A stretch of DNA of 34,952 nt. Source: Candidatus Altimarinota bacterium. GTDB taxonomy: Bacteria > Patescibacteriota > Gracilibacteria > BD1-5 > UBA2023. Below the pieces are notes generated by a model. That model was not told where the DNA came from. It did no database searches and saw only the letters and a list, made by a program, of their open reading frames with translations. Positions 23,701-34,195 of this stretch are shown in pieces (the stretch's first letter is position 1; each line of letters opens with the position of its first letter). Location: assembly GCA_008015855.1 (NCBI GenBank), contig SSGK01000012.1, positions 1 through 34,952 of the forward strand, read 5' to 3'. Position numbers and translations under genes: made by a program.

Positions 23701-26700
23701 AATCGAATCATTCAGGATGTTCGATGAGTTTCTCGTTCTGTTTTAAAAGAAGAGGATACTGTTATTTCTTCTGGTGTTCTTACTTCAACTGGAAGATTAC
23801 TTACCCAATCAGGCATTCTTATTTTTACTGGTAAATATCAAAATTCAGGGGAGTATAATCTGGTTATTCAACCGATTTGATATTCTGGATCTGATGAAAC
23901 AAGAATATCTCGCACAGCCTTTTACGTGTATGGAACCGGAAATGCAAAAAATCCTATTATTGATGATAATAAGATACATGTATTTACCGAAAAGCCAGTA
24001 TATAAGCTCGGAGAAACATGAAAGATTCTTGTTCGACTTCCATTTAATCAAGGGAAGATATTGCTTACAACTGAGAAATGAGGGGTTATTGATAAAAAAT
24101 ATATCGATGTTACATCCAATCTCTTTATTCATGAATTTCAGGTTGATGAATCATATTTCCCAAATGCATACATAAGTGTTGTTGCTTTAGAGACTATTTC
24201 AAATTGAGATTCAAAAACAATTACAAGAAATCCAACCTATAGAGTAGGTTATGCTGAAGTGGTGGTTGATCAATCAGAGAAACTTGGAACTATTGCGATA
24301 TCTCCGGATAAAAATGATTATAAGGTAGGGGAAAATGTTAATATATCTCTTGCTCTCAAGAATAAAAAGTGAGAGGGGATAAAAGGAGAATTTGCTGTTA
24401 TGGTGATTGATGATAGTCTTATCTCTCTTCTTGGTAATATTGACCTTGATATTTTGCCAAAGTTTTATCAAAAAGTTGGACTTTGAATCCATACCGCACT
24501 TTCACTCTTGTGAATGGAAGAGAACTTTTATTTTTCTCGTAAATGAATTGCTGGTGGAAGTGGAGGAAAATGATGAGATTGAATTGTTTCAACGAGAACA
24601 ATCTTTAAAAATACAGCATACTATAATCCATCTGTTATTACTGATGAGAAGTGATATGCAAAAGTAAATTTTACACTTCCAGATAATATAACAAACTACC
24701 GAATTATTGTTATTGCCAATACGAAGGATTCAACTTTTGCAGTTGGCGAAAAGATGATTCATGTTCGTAAGGATATTGTTGCCACAGCACATGCACCGTA
24801 TATTGTGAGAAATGGTGATAGATTTGTTGTATCTGCTTCTATTTTTAATAACACGAAGACCATTCAATCACTTATTGTTGCCTTTGAAGCAAATCCTCTT
24901 GATATACAAGGATCGAATGAGCAGAAAATAACTCTCGAACCTGGAAAGACATTATCAGTAGATTTTCCAGCATCAGTAGATAAAAAATCAAAGGCAGTAA
25001 AACTTTCATATGTCATTCGAGTGAAAAATATGAGCTGAATAACCCTTGATGCCATTGAACAAAAAATTGATTATGTACTTGATCCAATTCTTATAGAGCG
25101 TTATCAGCAAAACATCATTCTTACAGGATCTAAAATCATTCCTATTCCACTTGATAAATCGAATGTAAATGAGAATCAGAGTACATTTTCGCTTCGAATA
25201 AGTCCAACATTTCTCCCTTCCATGGAAGATGTTCTTCAATCACTCAAAATGTACCCATATGGTTGTATAGAACAAACGACTTCTTCAACTTTGCCGAATG
25301 CACTTCTTCTCGCAGTATCGAATCTCATAGATACGACAAAATTTTCACCTGAGGATTTAAGAGCAAATGTGGCAGCATGAGTTAAAAGAATTGCATGAAT
25401 GCAAACAGATATTGGTGGATTTTCATATTGGCCAGGAGATACTGTTACAAACTCTCAAATAACTCCTTATGTAGTAAGAAGTCTTATTGCCATGAGTGAA
25501 TTGTGAGCCGATGTTCCAAGAGAAATAATTGACCGCTCTATGAGTTATTTGGAGTCGAATATTTCTGCATATGCTGATAATAATGAAAAGGCAGAACTTT
25601 TTTGGACACTTGCACGAGCGAAAAATAATAAGGCAAAAGTGGTAGCGGATTCGATTGATTCAAATACACTTACGCTTCATTCCTTGTTAGCTTATACATA
25701 TGGAATGCACTATCTCGATCAACAAAAAATTATAAAATTTGATATTCGTTTGATTGATAGAATCCGTGCAGAATTAAAGAAAACAAAACAAAGTGAGTAT
25801 AATTGGTATTATTGGGATCTTCTTGCTGATAAAGCTCTTTTTGCAAGTCTTCTTATAGATAGAACGGGCTATTTTAATGAGGCAGAAGGGATACTTCGTG
25901 AACTTGCGAAAAATGATTGGGATAGTTACTATTATTCGACACAAACGAAGTATCAGGTGTTCCTCGCGTTTTTTAAACACGCACAGAAGATAAAGCAACT
26001 TCCAACCACTGAGGTAACCGTGAAGTATGGTGCATATCAGTGAGTGCTTACTATTTGAGGAAATAAATTGGTACATTCTCTTGAGGTTCCATTTGCTGAT
26101 ATTGGAAATGAATTAAATTTTTCATTTCGATCACAGTATCCAATATATGCAAATATTACCCATTCTCTTTATCCAGCTGACCCATATGCTATTACCAAGA
26201 AGGATAATGGTGTTAAGATTTCCCGTACTCTCTTCTCGGTTGATGAGGAAGCATGAGTGTTTGTGAGTGGAGAAGGGACATATAATCAAGAAATTCAATA
26301 CCTTCATGTTACCCCTGTAAATGATAAGGTGATTCATAAGTGAAAACTTTATAAAGTGGTTATCGAGGCGAATATTCCAACAAAGAAGGATATGAACTGG
26401 ACAAATTTTGTTCTTGAAGATTTCTTTCCTGGTTGATTCCGACCAATTAATAAGGTATTTCATTCCGCAGATTCTCTTCTTGGTGCGACTTCCAATATGT
26501 TCTATTCTACCCAAAATAAAATAGATAGAATACTCGCACATGCTCCTTGGTGATATGGTGATAGCGTGCACTATGAGTATTATTTCCGTCCAGAGTTTGA
26601 AGGAAATTTTATATGGCCTCCTGCTACTGGTTATTTCATGTATAATCCATCTATTATGTGATTTACAGAGTATGAATCACTGACAGTAAAAAAGAATTAG
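20767..26700 (+). CDS. Bacterial alpha-2-macroglobulin family thioester protein (1,977 aa) with an N-terminal signal or anchor.
   Basis: Phase 1 is open from ATG 20767 to TAG 26698-26700 with TGA as sense. The thioester motif MYPYGCIEQT places CIEQ at 25264-25275. MG-domain signatures seen are STWNDGIAPWNF, HTDRMLYLPGEEVYIHGI, INEFGSFSVKSSLPKEADMGTYTV, FQVEIFKNPTF and TAYYNPSVITDEKGYAKVNFTLPDNITNYRIIVIA. The N-terminus MKKIFQYFLVFIGFISVITLGVYA/LD has no lipobox Cys. Confidence 0.9.
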
Positions 26701-26712
26701 TCGTGAACTTTT

Positions 26713-26751
26713 TTGACATCTTTTTGAAACCAATTAGTATGTATCTATAAC
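26713..26751 (+). promoter_or_regulatory. Candidate promoter(s) for the nrdR-priA' unit.
   Basis: One option is TTGACA (26713-26718), a 16-nt spacer and TAGTAT (26735-26740). The other is TTGAAA (26724-26729), a 16-nt spacer and TATAAC (26746-26751). Both lie just upstream of ATG 26761. Pattern match only. Confidence 0.35.
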
Positions 26752-26760
26752 TTTTTTTAT

Positions 26761-27207
26761 ATGAAATGTCCAAAGTGTAAAAATCTTGATACAAAGGTAA
26801 TTGATTCTCGTATGACAGAGGATTGAAAGGCAGTAAGAAGAAGACGAGAATGTGAAAAATGCTGAGCTCGTTTTACAACATTTGAACGACTTGAATTCGT
26901 TTCATTTATGGTTACTAAGTCTTCTGGTGAATCGGAACAATATGATCGGACGAAGGTAGTAAATTCTATGATGAAGGCATTGGTAAAGAGAAAATTCAAT
27001 CCAGATAAGATAGAGCAGATAATAAATACCCTTGAAACTGATTGGGCTCAAAACAAACAAGGGATCACTTCAAAGCGAATTGGACGTGATATTCTGCGAA
27101 AGCTTCGAGACTTGGATGAAGTTGCCTTTCTTCGGTATGCATCAATCTATCATAACCATGAAAATGTAGCAGAATTTATTAAATTTCTTGAGGAAGAATT
27201 GTGATAA
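26761..27207 (+). CDS. nrdR: Transcriptional repressor NrdR (zinc ribbon plus ATP-cone).
   Basis: The protein begins [46 protein letters not shown], followed by an ATP-cone-like C-terminal half. Under code 25 the ORF reads through TGA 27202-27204 to TAA 27205-27207. Confidence 0.93.
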
Positions 27208-28205
27208 AACAATCGTCGGATACATTACATCAAACAATCACTATTATTAATCTCTCTAATACAAAACTTCAGGGTGATTATATTTCATATGAGCTTCTGC
27301 AAACCATTACCCAAACAATTGAAAAATGATGAAAGGTTCTCCTTTTTTTCAATAGAAGAGGGGAATATAGGAGCATCTCATGTCCTGATTGTTCGAACCG
27401 ATTATTATGCCCCTATTGTAATATCCCTCTTTCCTATCATTCATTTCCCTCTAAGAAGTGTATTTGTCACCAGTGTAACTATATAGAGCCCTTTCATCCG
27501 ACGTGTAAAAAGTGTGGATCCAATACAATGATTTTCTCTTGAGTTGGTATTCAGAAAATTGAGGAAATTCTTGTTCGTCATTTTCCATGAAAATCTATTC
27601 TCCGAGTAGATTCAGATGCTCTGATACATGATTCTCAGTTACTAAGCTCTATTGATTCTTCTGATATTATTCTCGGAACAACCCTTGCCACCTCCCTTAT
27701 TCATAAGGATATTCAATTGGTTGCAAGTCTTCTCTTTGAAAGTGAATTCTCTATTCCTGAATATACCATAGAAGAAGATGTTTATATACGCGCAAATTTT
27801 TATATTCGACAAGGGATTCCATTTTTTATTCAAACTTTTATACCATCGCATCCCTTATTGGATATGATACTTAATGGAAACTATAAGGAGTATATGAAGT
27901 ATTTAATGAATGAAAGAAAGAGCTTCTGATATCCTCCATTTTGAAAACTTCTTTATATTTGGGTGAAAGATTCAAAAAAAGAGAAGGTCCAAGATATTAT
28001 TTATAAACTCGCCAACAAGCTCGATATTCTTCAGACTGAACATAACTTCTCTCTCTTCTTTTCGTATGATAAGGATATATGGGATCGATATATGGATGAG
28101 TGGCGACAGAAAATTGTTATTAAATGACCTGATGCTGAAAAAATGCTTACTTTTTTCCACTCAGAAATTATTAAAAATCGAAATGTCTTTCTGGAACGAA
28201 AATAA
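27201..28205 (+). CDS. priA: PriA-like protein comprising only the C-terminal half of PriA: helicase lobe 2 remnant, Cys-rich zinc region and C-terminal domain (334 aa). The N-terminal DNA-binding domains and the Walker A/B lobe are absent.
   Basis: VLLFFNRRGEYRSISCPDCSNRLLCPYCNIPLSYHSFPSKKCICHQCNYIEPFHPTCKKCGS matches the PriA CRR. It continues GVGIQKIEEILVRHFP, RVDSD and IILGTTLA. Phase 3 opens only after TAA 27180-27182 and the first usable start is GTG 27201, which overlaps the nrdR end. The stop is TAA 28203-28205. The helicase motif V/VI positions are degenerate (GTTLATSLIHKD; FYIRQG in place of QVAGRAGR). Confidence 0.75.
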
Positions 28206-28231
28206 CAACCTGGTTCGGTTGTTATTTTTTT
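28201..28231. terminator. Bidirectional rho-independent terminator between priA' (+) and the SpoU-family gene (-).
   Basis: aataacaacc (28201-28210), loop tggttc, ggttgttatt (28217-28226), with a T-run extending to 28231. The priA' stop codon lies within the stem. Confidence 0.7.
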
Positions 28232-28288
28232 ATTGTTCTGAGTAACCATCCTGCTTGACCGAGCTGGATACAGAAATGGTATCATAAG

Positions 28289-28774
28289 TTATGATATTTC
28301 TCAATTCTTTTGCCTTGCAAAATATCAAATATAGTACATGACTATTCCAGCAGTCACCGATACATTGAGTGATTGTTTTATTCCCTGCATTGGAAGCTCG
28401 AAAATAACATCCGATAAATCTAATAAATCCTTTGATACTCCGTTTATTTCGTTTCCCATGATGATACAAATATTCTTTGAATTATCCTCAAGGTATTTTT
28501 GAATATTTCCTGTACTTGAAGTAGCTTGTTCGATGCTTATAATGAGAGTACCTTCTTTCTTGAGTGTGCTAATTATTTCTCGAGGGTCCTCATAGTATTC
28601 CCATAGAACAGATTTTTCAGCTCATAGTGCTGTTTTTGCTATTTCTTTTCTCGGGGGAGTTGGAGTATATCCTGTGAGGAATATTTTTTCAAATCAGGCA
28701 CCATCTGCGGTGCGAAATATTGATCCAACGTTATGGAGTGATCGAATATTGTCTAAAAGTATAGAGTATTTCAT
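28289..28774 (-). CDS. SpoU/TrmH-family RNA 2'-O-ribose methyltransferase (161 aa).
   Basis: The minus-strand translation begins [40 protein letters not shown]. It continues AKTALGAEKSVLW, ICIIMGNEINGVS and ELPMQGIKQSLNVSVTAGIVMYYI. These are the SPOUT motifs 1-3. It has 4 in-frame TGA, two of them at typical Gly positions (RTADGAG, TALGAE). The stop is TAA 28289-28291. Confidence 0.85.
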
Positions 28775-28779
28775 GGGAA

Positions 28780-29454
28780 TTAGAGTTGGTATCGAATAGC
28801 TTCCAGCATTGGTTTGATATTTTCCGGAATGGTTTTTGGCATTTTTGCATCCACAATAACATACATATCTCCGGTTTTTCCATGACTGGTCCGTCATTTT
28901 CCTGTTATCTTAAATTTTGTCCCTGGTTTCGTTCCTGATTTAATCTTGAGAGTAAGATGTTTTCAATACACTGTTTTTACAGAAACAGATGTGTCAAAGA
29001 GAAAGTCTAAGAAGGGGATTTCAATGGTCTCTACTACATCAAGGGATTCAGAAACTTCTTCTTGTTTTCCTGTTTTTTGATTGCTTCGTGTATTTCCTTG
29101 AGAAAAAAAGTCGCTAAAATCAAATCCTCCCATTCATTGCGTTCTTCCTGTTCCTCAAAAGATATCTCAAAAATCAAATCCTCCCATCCCACTTCATCCG
29201 AATGGATTTCCTCATCCCATTCATCCAAATGGGTTTCAATCTGCCGATCAGAATTGGTCATAGTTTTTTCGTTTTTTTGAATCCCCCAGTGTTTGATAGG
29301 CTTCATTGATTTCTTTAAATTTCGCTTCAGCTTTTTTATCATCCTTGTTTCTATCAGGATGATATTGCATTGCGAGTTTTTTATAGGCCTTTTTTATATC
29401 TGCTTCACTCGCATTTTTTTCGATTCCAAGTATGGAATAATAGTCTTTTTTCAT
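28780..29454 (-). CDS. J-domain co-chaperone (DnaJ/CbpA-like, 224 aa): J domain, G/F-rich linker and a short C-terminal beta domain, with no zinc-finger domain.
   Basis: The J domain is [60 protein letters not shown]. The G/F region is [48 protein letters not shown]. The C-terminal part is [41 protein letters not shown] checked all in-frame triplets and found 10 TGA and no TAA or TAG before TAA 28780-28782. Confidence 0.85.
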
Positions 29455-29552
29455 GGGAATAATTGATGAATTGAGTTCATATTTTATGAAAAATTTCACA
29501 CCTGTAAAGGGTCTCTATTGATTATTTTTTGTTTTAGATATGATGGATTGTG

Positions 29553-31448
29553 ATGAAAAAAGAAAAAAATGAACATATTGAGAAAATTCTTTCAACACTT
29601 CCCACTTCTCCATGAGTATATCAGATGAAGGATAGCAAAGGAGGTGTTTTATACGTAGGGAAAAGTGTTAATCTTAAATCGAGAGTTTCCTCTTATTTTC
29701 GTGAAAATGCTGATTTGAATCCAGCAAAAAAACAAATGGTTACGAAGGTGAGGGATATTGAGATTATTATCTGCCAGACAGAAGTAGAAGCGCTGGTACT
29801 TGAGACCAATCTTATAAAACATCTTTCTCCAAAATATAATATTCTTATGAAGGATGATAAGAATCTCACCTATATAAAAATTACTTCATGAATTATTCCA
29901 GAGATTCTAAAGTCTCGTAAAAAAATCAATGATGGTTGAGTATACTACTGACCCTATACACAATGAGCTGATATACATGAGAATATTAAAAATCTTAAGC
30001 GAATATTTAAGATTCGAAATTGCAAGCTTTTATTTCAAAAGCAATGAAAAGATTTTTCTATCTTTTGAGCAGCGAAGAAGGGTATTCCGTGTATGGATTA
30101 TTATATTGGAATTTGCCCTGGTCCTTGTCAGTGAACGGATGATACCATTCAGGAGCATGCCGATAATGTTATGAACCTCAGAAAGTTTCTTGATGGAGGA
30201 AATAAAGAAATAATTTCTCGATTGGAATCAAAAATGAGGGATTATGCGAAAAATCTTGAGTTCGAAAAGGCGGGGAAACTAAAAAGTCAGATAGATGCTA
30301 TGAAAGTTCTTTCAGAAAGACAGATAGCTCGTGATGTTCTCCCTTGAAATCATGATATACTGGCGATTTTACAGAATTATGGAAAGGTATTTGTTTGACT
30401 CTTGCAGATTCGTTCTGGAAAAATGATTGGGGTCTTTCGAACATCGATTGAATTGAATGGGGAAGAATATGATAGAATTATTGTTCAGTTTCTTGCGAGG
30501 CAATACATGGAAGGTGAAACAGATTATCCGGATAATCTGTTTATCACTGAAGATATTCAGGATCCATCCTTAATTGCATTCTTTCATGATAAAAATATTA
30601 CACTCAAATCAGCGGATATTTGAGTTCAAAAGGAACTCTATGATTTTACGATGAATCAGGTTCGAGAATATGCATATAAATCAGAACTTCAAAGCTTAGA
30701 ACAAAAGACTCTGACACGAGAGCATATGACCTCGATTCTAACTGAGCTATGATACGTTGTTCCAAAAAAATGAGAAATTCATTTTGAATGCTACGATATA
30801 TCTCATACTCATGGGCAGTTTACTATCGCCTCACGTGTTCATATGTTAAATGGAAAGATGGAGAATTCTCTCTATAGAAAGTATAAAATTAAGACACTTG
30901 CCGCCTGAGATATTGATGACTTTGCTTCTCATAAGGAGGTAATGGAACGAAGAACTATAGAGGGCTTAACCGAATGAAATTTTCCAAATCTTATCCTGAT
31001 TGATGGAGGAAAATGACAACTTTCATCCGCACTCCAATGAGCAAAAGAATGAGCTTATAAATATTCACTGGAGCAGTGACTTGATATTAATGAGGTTATG
31101 CTTCGTCTTCCTTCCTTTGCGAGCATTGCGAAACGGGAAGAAGAAATATTTGTTCCTCATAAAAAGGAATCTATTCTTTTTGGAAAATGAACTCCTGAAT
31201 TAATGATACTTCAGAAACTTCGAGATGAATCTCATCGATTTGCAATTACCGCTAACCGTTCATCGAGAACAAAAGCCATGAAGAAAAATATTCTGGAAGA
31301 AATCCCAGGTAGATGACCAATAACAAGAAAAAAACTCCTTCGAATTGCAGGAAGTATCGAGAATCTGTCTTCTCTTTCATATGAAGAGATTATGAAGGTG
31401 TGCACTGCATCTCAATATATCTCCCTTCGCGAACATTGAATTATTTAA
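29553..31448 (+). CDS. uvrC: Excinuclease ABC subunit C (UvrC, 631 aa).
   Basis: GIY-YIG domain: [34 protein letters not shown] (P-G-V-Y at 29610-29621, with Gly encoded by TGA). Cys motif: CMDYYIGICPGPC. UVR domain: AKNLEFEKAGKLKSQIDAM. Endonuclease domain: ECYDISHTHGQ, LILIDGGKGQL, IAKREEEIF and LRDESHRFAI. C-terminal HhH: IPGRGPITRKKLL. Phase 3 is continuous to TAA 31446-31448. Confidence 0.93.
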
Positions 31449-31459
31449 TCTCCATTTTT

Positions 31460-32419
31460 ATGTATATCCTTGCTTTTGAAACATCATGTGATGATACATC
31501 CGTAGCATTGTTTCAAGATACTACCTGTATAGCTCTTTCTACGCGAACACAGATTGAACATGAAATCACTTGAGGGGTAGTACCAGAGGTGGCTGCACGC
31601 CTCCATGCAAATGCTATTTTTCCATGTATTGAGGATGTTGTAAGGGATGCAGGAATATGATTGGATTGAATTGATTATATCGCATGCACAAAACAACCAG
31701 GACTTCTTCCATCACTTTTAACTGGTATGACGGTTGCTAAGACGCTCGCAAATTCTCTCGACAAACCGCTTATTTGGGTAGACCATATTGAGTGACATAT
31801 TTTTGCTAATCTACTTGAGAGAAGTGAAAGTGAGATACCATTTCCGAGTATTGTCCTTACAGTATCTGGAGGACACAATGAACTCTATATTTGGAAGTCA
31901 TTGTTTGATATGGAGAAAATCTGAGAAACCCTTGATGATGCTGCATGAGAAGCCTTTGATAAGGTTGCAAAGATGCTCGGGTGCTGATTCCCTGGTGGTC
32001 CTATTATTGCGAAGCTTGCACAATCAGAGACAACAGGCTATGAATGATTATTTCCAATTGTTACATTAGAAAAAGATTCCCTTAATTTTTCATTCTCATG
32101 ATTGAAAACTGCCGTAAAACGAGAAGTAGATAAGAAAATATATAGTGATTCAAAGATTGCCTTTGAGTTTGAAGAAGCAGTGATTCGAACACTGGTAAAG
32201 AAGCTTTTTTTGGCAGCAGAAAAACATAACATCAAAACTATTTGTCTTGCTGGATGAGTGAGTGCCAATAAAAAATTAAAAGATTGTATCTCTCATGAGG
32301 CAGAAAAACGAGGTATGCAATTTATTTCCCCAAAAAAGCCCGTATATTCTCAAGACAATGCTGCTATGATTGGAATCCGAGCATATTATGGAATTGTATC
32401 AGGGAGAGTGGACAATTAG
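31460..32419 (+). CDS. tsaD: tRNA N6-adenosine threonylcarbamoyltransferase TsaD (Kae1/Gcp family, 319 aa).
   Basis: Motifs present are ILAFETSCDDTSVAL, GGVVPEVAARLH (31571-), TKQPGLLPSLLTG, VDHIEGHIFA, LTVSGGHNELY, GETLDDAAGEAFDKVAKMLG, FPGGP, FSFSGLKTA, LAGGVSANKKL and DNAAMIG. Many of these invariant Gly residues are encoded by TGA. The stop is TAG 32417-32419. Confidence 0.95.
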
Positions 32420-32493
32420 GTCCAGTCAAGGGTTTTTCATTTGATTTCCATGTATTTTCTCATAAGCTCTTCGTGTATTTTTTAAATTATTAT

Positions 32494-33408
32494 ATGGAAA
32501 AAAATTCTTCTCTTGAACAAGTTCTTGTTGTTCTTGTGAGTATATCTCTTGTTTTTAATGCTGTCTCGCTTTATTTCCTTACGGGATATTGATTTGGAGA
32601 GAAACTTCAATGATCTGAAACAAATGGTGTTGGTATTAAGCGTGCTGTTATGGATGCAGTTCTTGAATTAGAATATGCAAAAGTTGGTGGAAAAGAGAAT
32701 TTTGAACTTATGCAAAAGGCACAAAAATTTTCATTCCAAGATCAGCTTCCACAAGTAAAGCAGTATATAACTTCTCGTGAAAAGGGTGGGTCAGCTCCAA
32801 CTACTACAACAGAAACAACTTCCAATGAAGTAAAAACCCTTTCTCAGGAAGAAATTGCACTTCTTAAGAAAGATGCAGTGATTGAAGGGGATAAAAATGC
32901 AGAAGTGACCCTTATTGAATATTCAGATATGGAATGTCCATTCTGTATTCGTCAGCATAATGAAGAAAAAGCGATTGAAAATGTTCGAGCAAAGTATGGA
33001 AATAAGGTAAATAGTACATTTAAACACAATCGATGAGTAAATCATCCTGGAACTGAGAAGAAGGCAGTTGCGGTTCTTTGTGCAAAGACCGCTGGAAATG
33101 ATTCTGCATATGTAAAACTCTATAAGAGCATCTATTCAGGTTCTACTCTTCGAAGCGTCGTTGATGTAGCTCAACTTCCAGAACTTGCAAAAACAGCAGG
33201 AGTTGATACAAAAAAGTGGCAAGAATGTTATGATAATAAGGCAACTCTTCCAATATTTGATATGCAAACACAGGAAGCAAACAAGTTTAATCTTGGAGGA
33301 ACTCCTGGAACACTCGTTATCAATAATAAGACTGGAAAATATACAACGATCGAAGGTGCTTATCCAACTTCTCAATTCGAATCAGCAATTGAATCCGTAT
33401 TAAAATAA
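32494..33408 (+). CDS. Membrane-anchored DsbA/BdbD-like thiol:disulfide oxidoreductase (304 aa).
   Basis: The N-terminal TM segment is VLVVLVSISLVFNAVSLYFL and is followed by a Thr-rich linker APTTTTETTS. The thioredoxin-fold motif is VTLIEYSDMECPFCIRQH (CPFC at 32935-32946), and the cis-Pro loop is GGTPGTLVIN. The stop is TAA 33406-33408. Confidence 0.8.
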
Positions 33409-33417
33409 TAATACATA

Positions 33418-33444
33418 AAAAGCCGAGAACATCTCGGCTTTTTT
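33418..33444 (+). terminator. Rho-independent terminator after the dsbA-like gene.
   Basis: aaaagccgag (33418-33427), loop aacat, ctcggctttt (33433-33442), running into a T-tract. Confidence 0.75.
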
Positions 33445-33445
33445 C

Positions 33446-33474
33446 TTGACTTATTTCCGTAGTTTTTGTAATAT
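33446..33474 (+). promoter_or_regulatory. Candidate promoter for the exonuclease gene.
   Basis: TTGACT (33446-33451), a 17-nt spacer ending in TG, then TAATAT (33469-33474). This lies about 30 nt upstream of ATG 33506. Pattern match only. Confidence 0.4.
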
Positions 33475-33505
33475 AAGCCATATATTTATATACATTACAT
33501 AGTTT

Positions 33506-34186
33506 ATGGATACACCTATAGCCACAGAAAATGCGCGATACCTCCTTATTGATTTAGAGATGACAGGACTCAATCCTTTTATCCACGGTGTTATTGAATT
33601 TGGGGCAATGGTTATGAATGACTCTCTTGAGAGTCTTGATGAATGGAGAGTGGTATTGTGTCCTCCGGAAGAAGTTCAGATTGACCCAAGTGCGCTTGAA
33701 TACAACGGATTTACACTTGATCAAATATCTACCGGAATGGCCTATGAAGAATTCTGTAATCACTTTGAATTATTTTTGACGACACACTTTCCAAACGATC
33801 AAAAGCCAATATTCGTAGGGCAGTATATTGCTGCAGATATTTCATTTCTTATGAGTATCTTCTATCGGGCAAATCGTAATGATCTCGTAATGCGCCTCTG
33901 AAATGATATTATTGATACAAAATCAATTGCGAATCAGGTAAATATGATTGCTCGTTACAAGAAAATGAATATTCCATTTAAGAGTACGAGTCTCTCAAAG
34001 CCAGGTGGACTCGGAGAAGTGCTCAATATTGGAACATATAAGGCACATACAGCAATTGGAGATATCAAGGCAACACGCATTGTACTTAAGAAATTATTGA
34101 GCCTTGGTGCAGAAGAACGATTAACTATGGATGCTTCCGATGATGTAAATGATACCACTCCAAATGTATGACCAACGGTTGCATAA
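33506..34186 (+). CDS. DEDDh-type 3'-5' exonuclease (DnaQ / RNase T-like fold, 226 aa).
   Basis: Exo I is LLIDLEMTGL, Exo II is FVGQYIAADISFL and Exo III is HTAIGDIKAT (H-x4-D). The two track fragments (33506, 33944) share phase 2 and are joined by TGA 33899-33901. The ORF reads through TGA 34169-34171 to TAA 34184-34186. Confidence 0.8.
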
Positions 34187-34195
34187 TTTATCACT

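Noticed and set aside
26131-26571. 146-aa minus-strand ORF. The same applies to 5130-5522, 8944-9324, 10034-10357 and 25774-26076 on the minus strand.
   Set aside because: All lie antisense within the two long + strand ORFs that are continuous under code 25. None shows a recognisable domain.
28694-28897. N-terminal extension of the SpoU-family gene (track ORF starting at 28897).
   Set aside because: The extension overlaps the well-supported 3' end of the dnaJ-like gene in another frame. The conserved SPOUT motif 1 begins right at Met 28774 ([17 protein letters not shown]).
29062-29280. 72-aa Ser-rich + strand ORF.
   Set aside because: It is the exact antisense of the DnaJ G/F region, so GGA and TGA Gly codons read as TCC and TCA Ser on the other strand.
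29929-31203. Apparent frameshifts in uvrC, where track fragments 29929-30174 and 31000-31203 are in phase 1.
   Set aside because: Phase 3 is continuous from 29553 to 31448 with TGA as sense and carries all UvrC motifs in order. The phase-1 fragments are chance ORFs.
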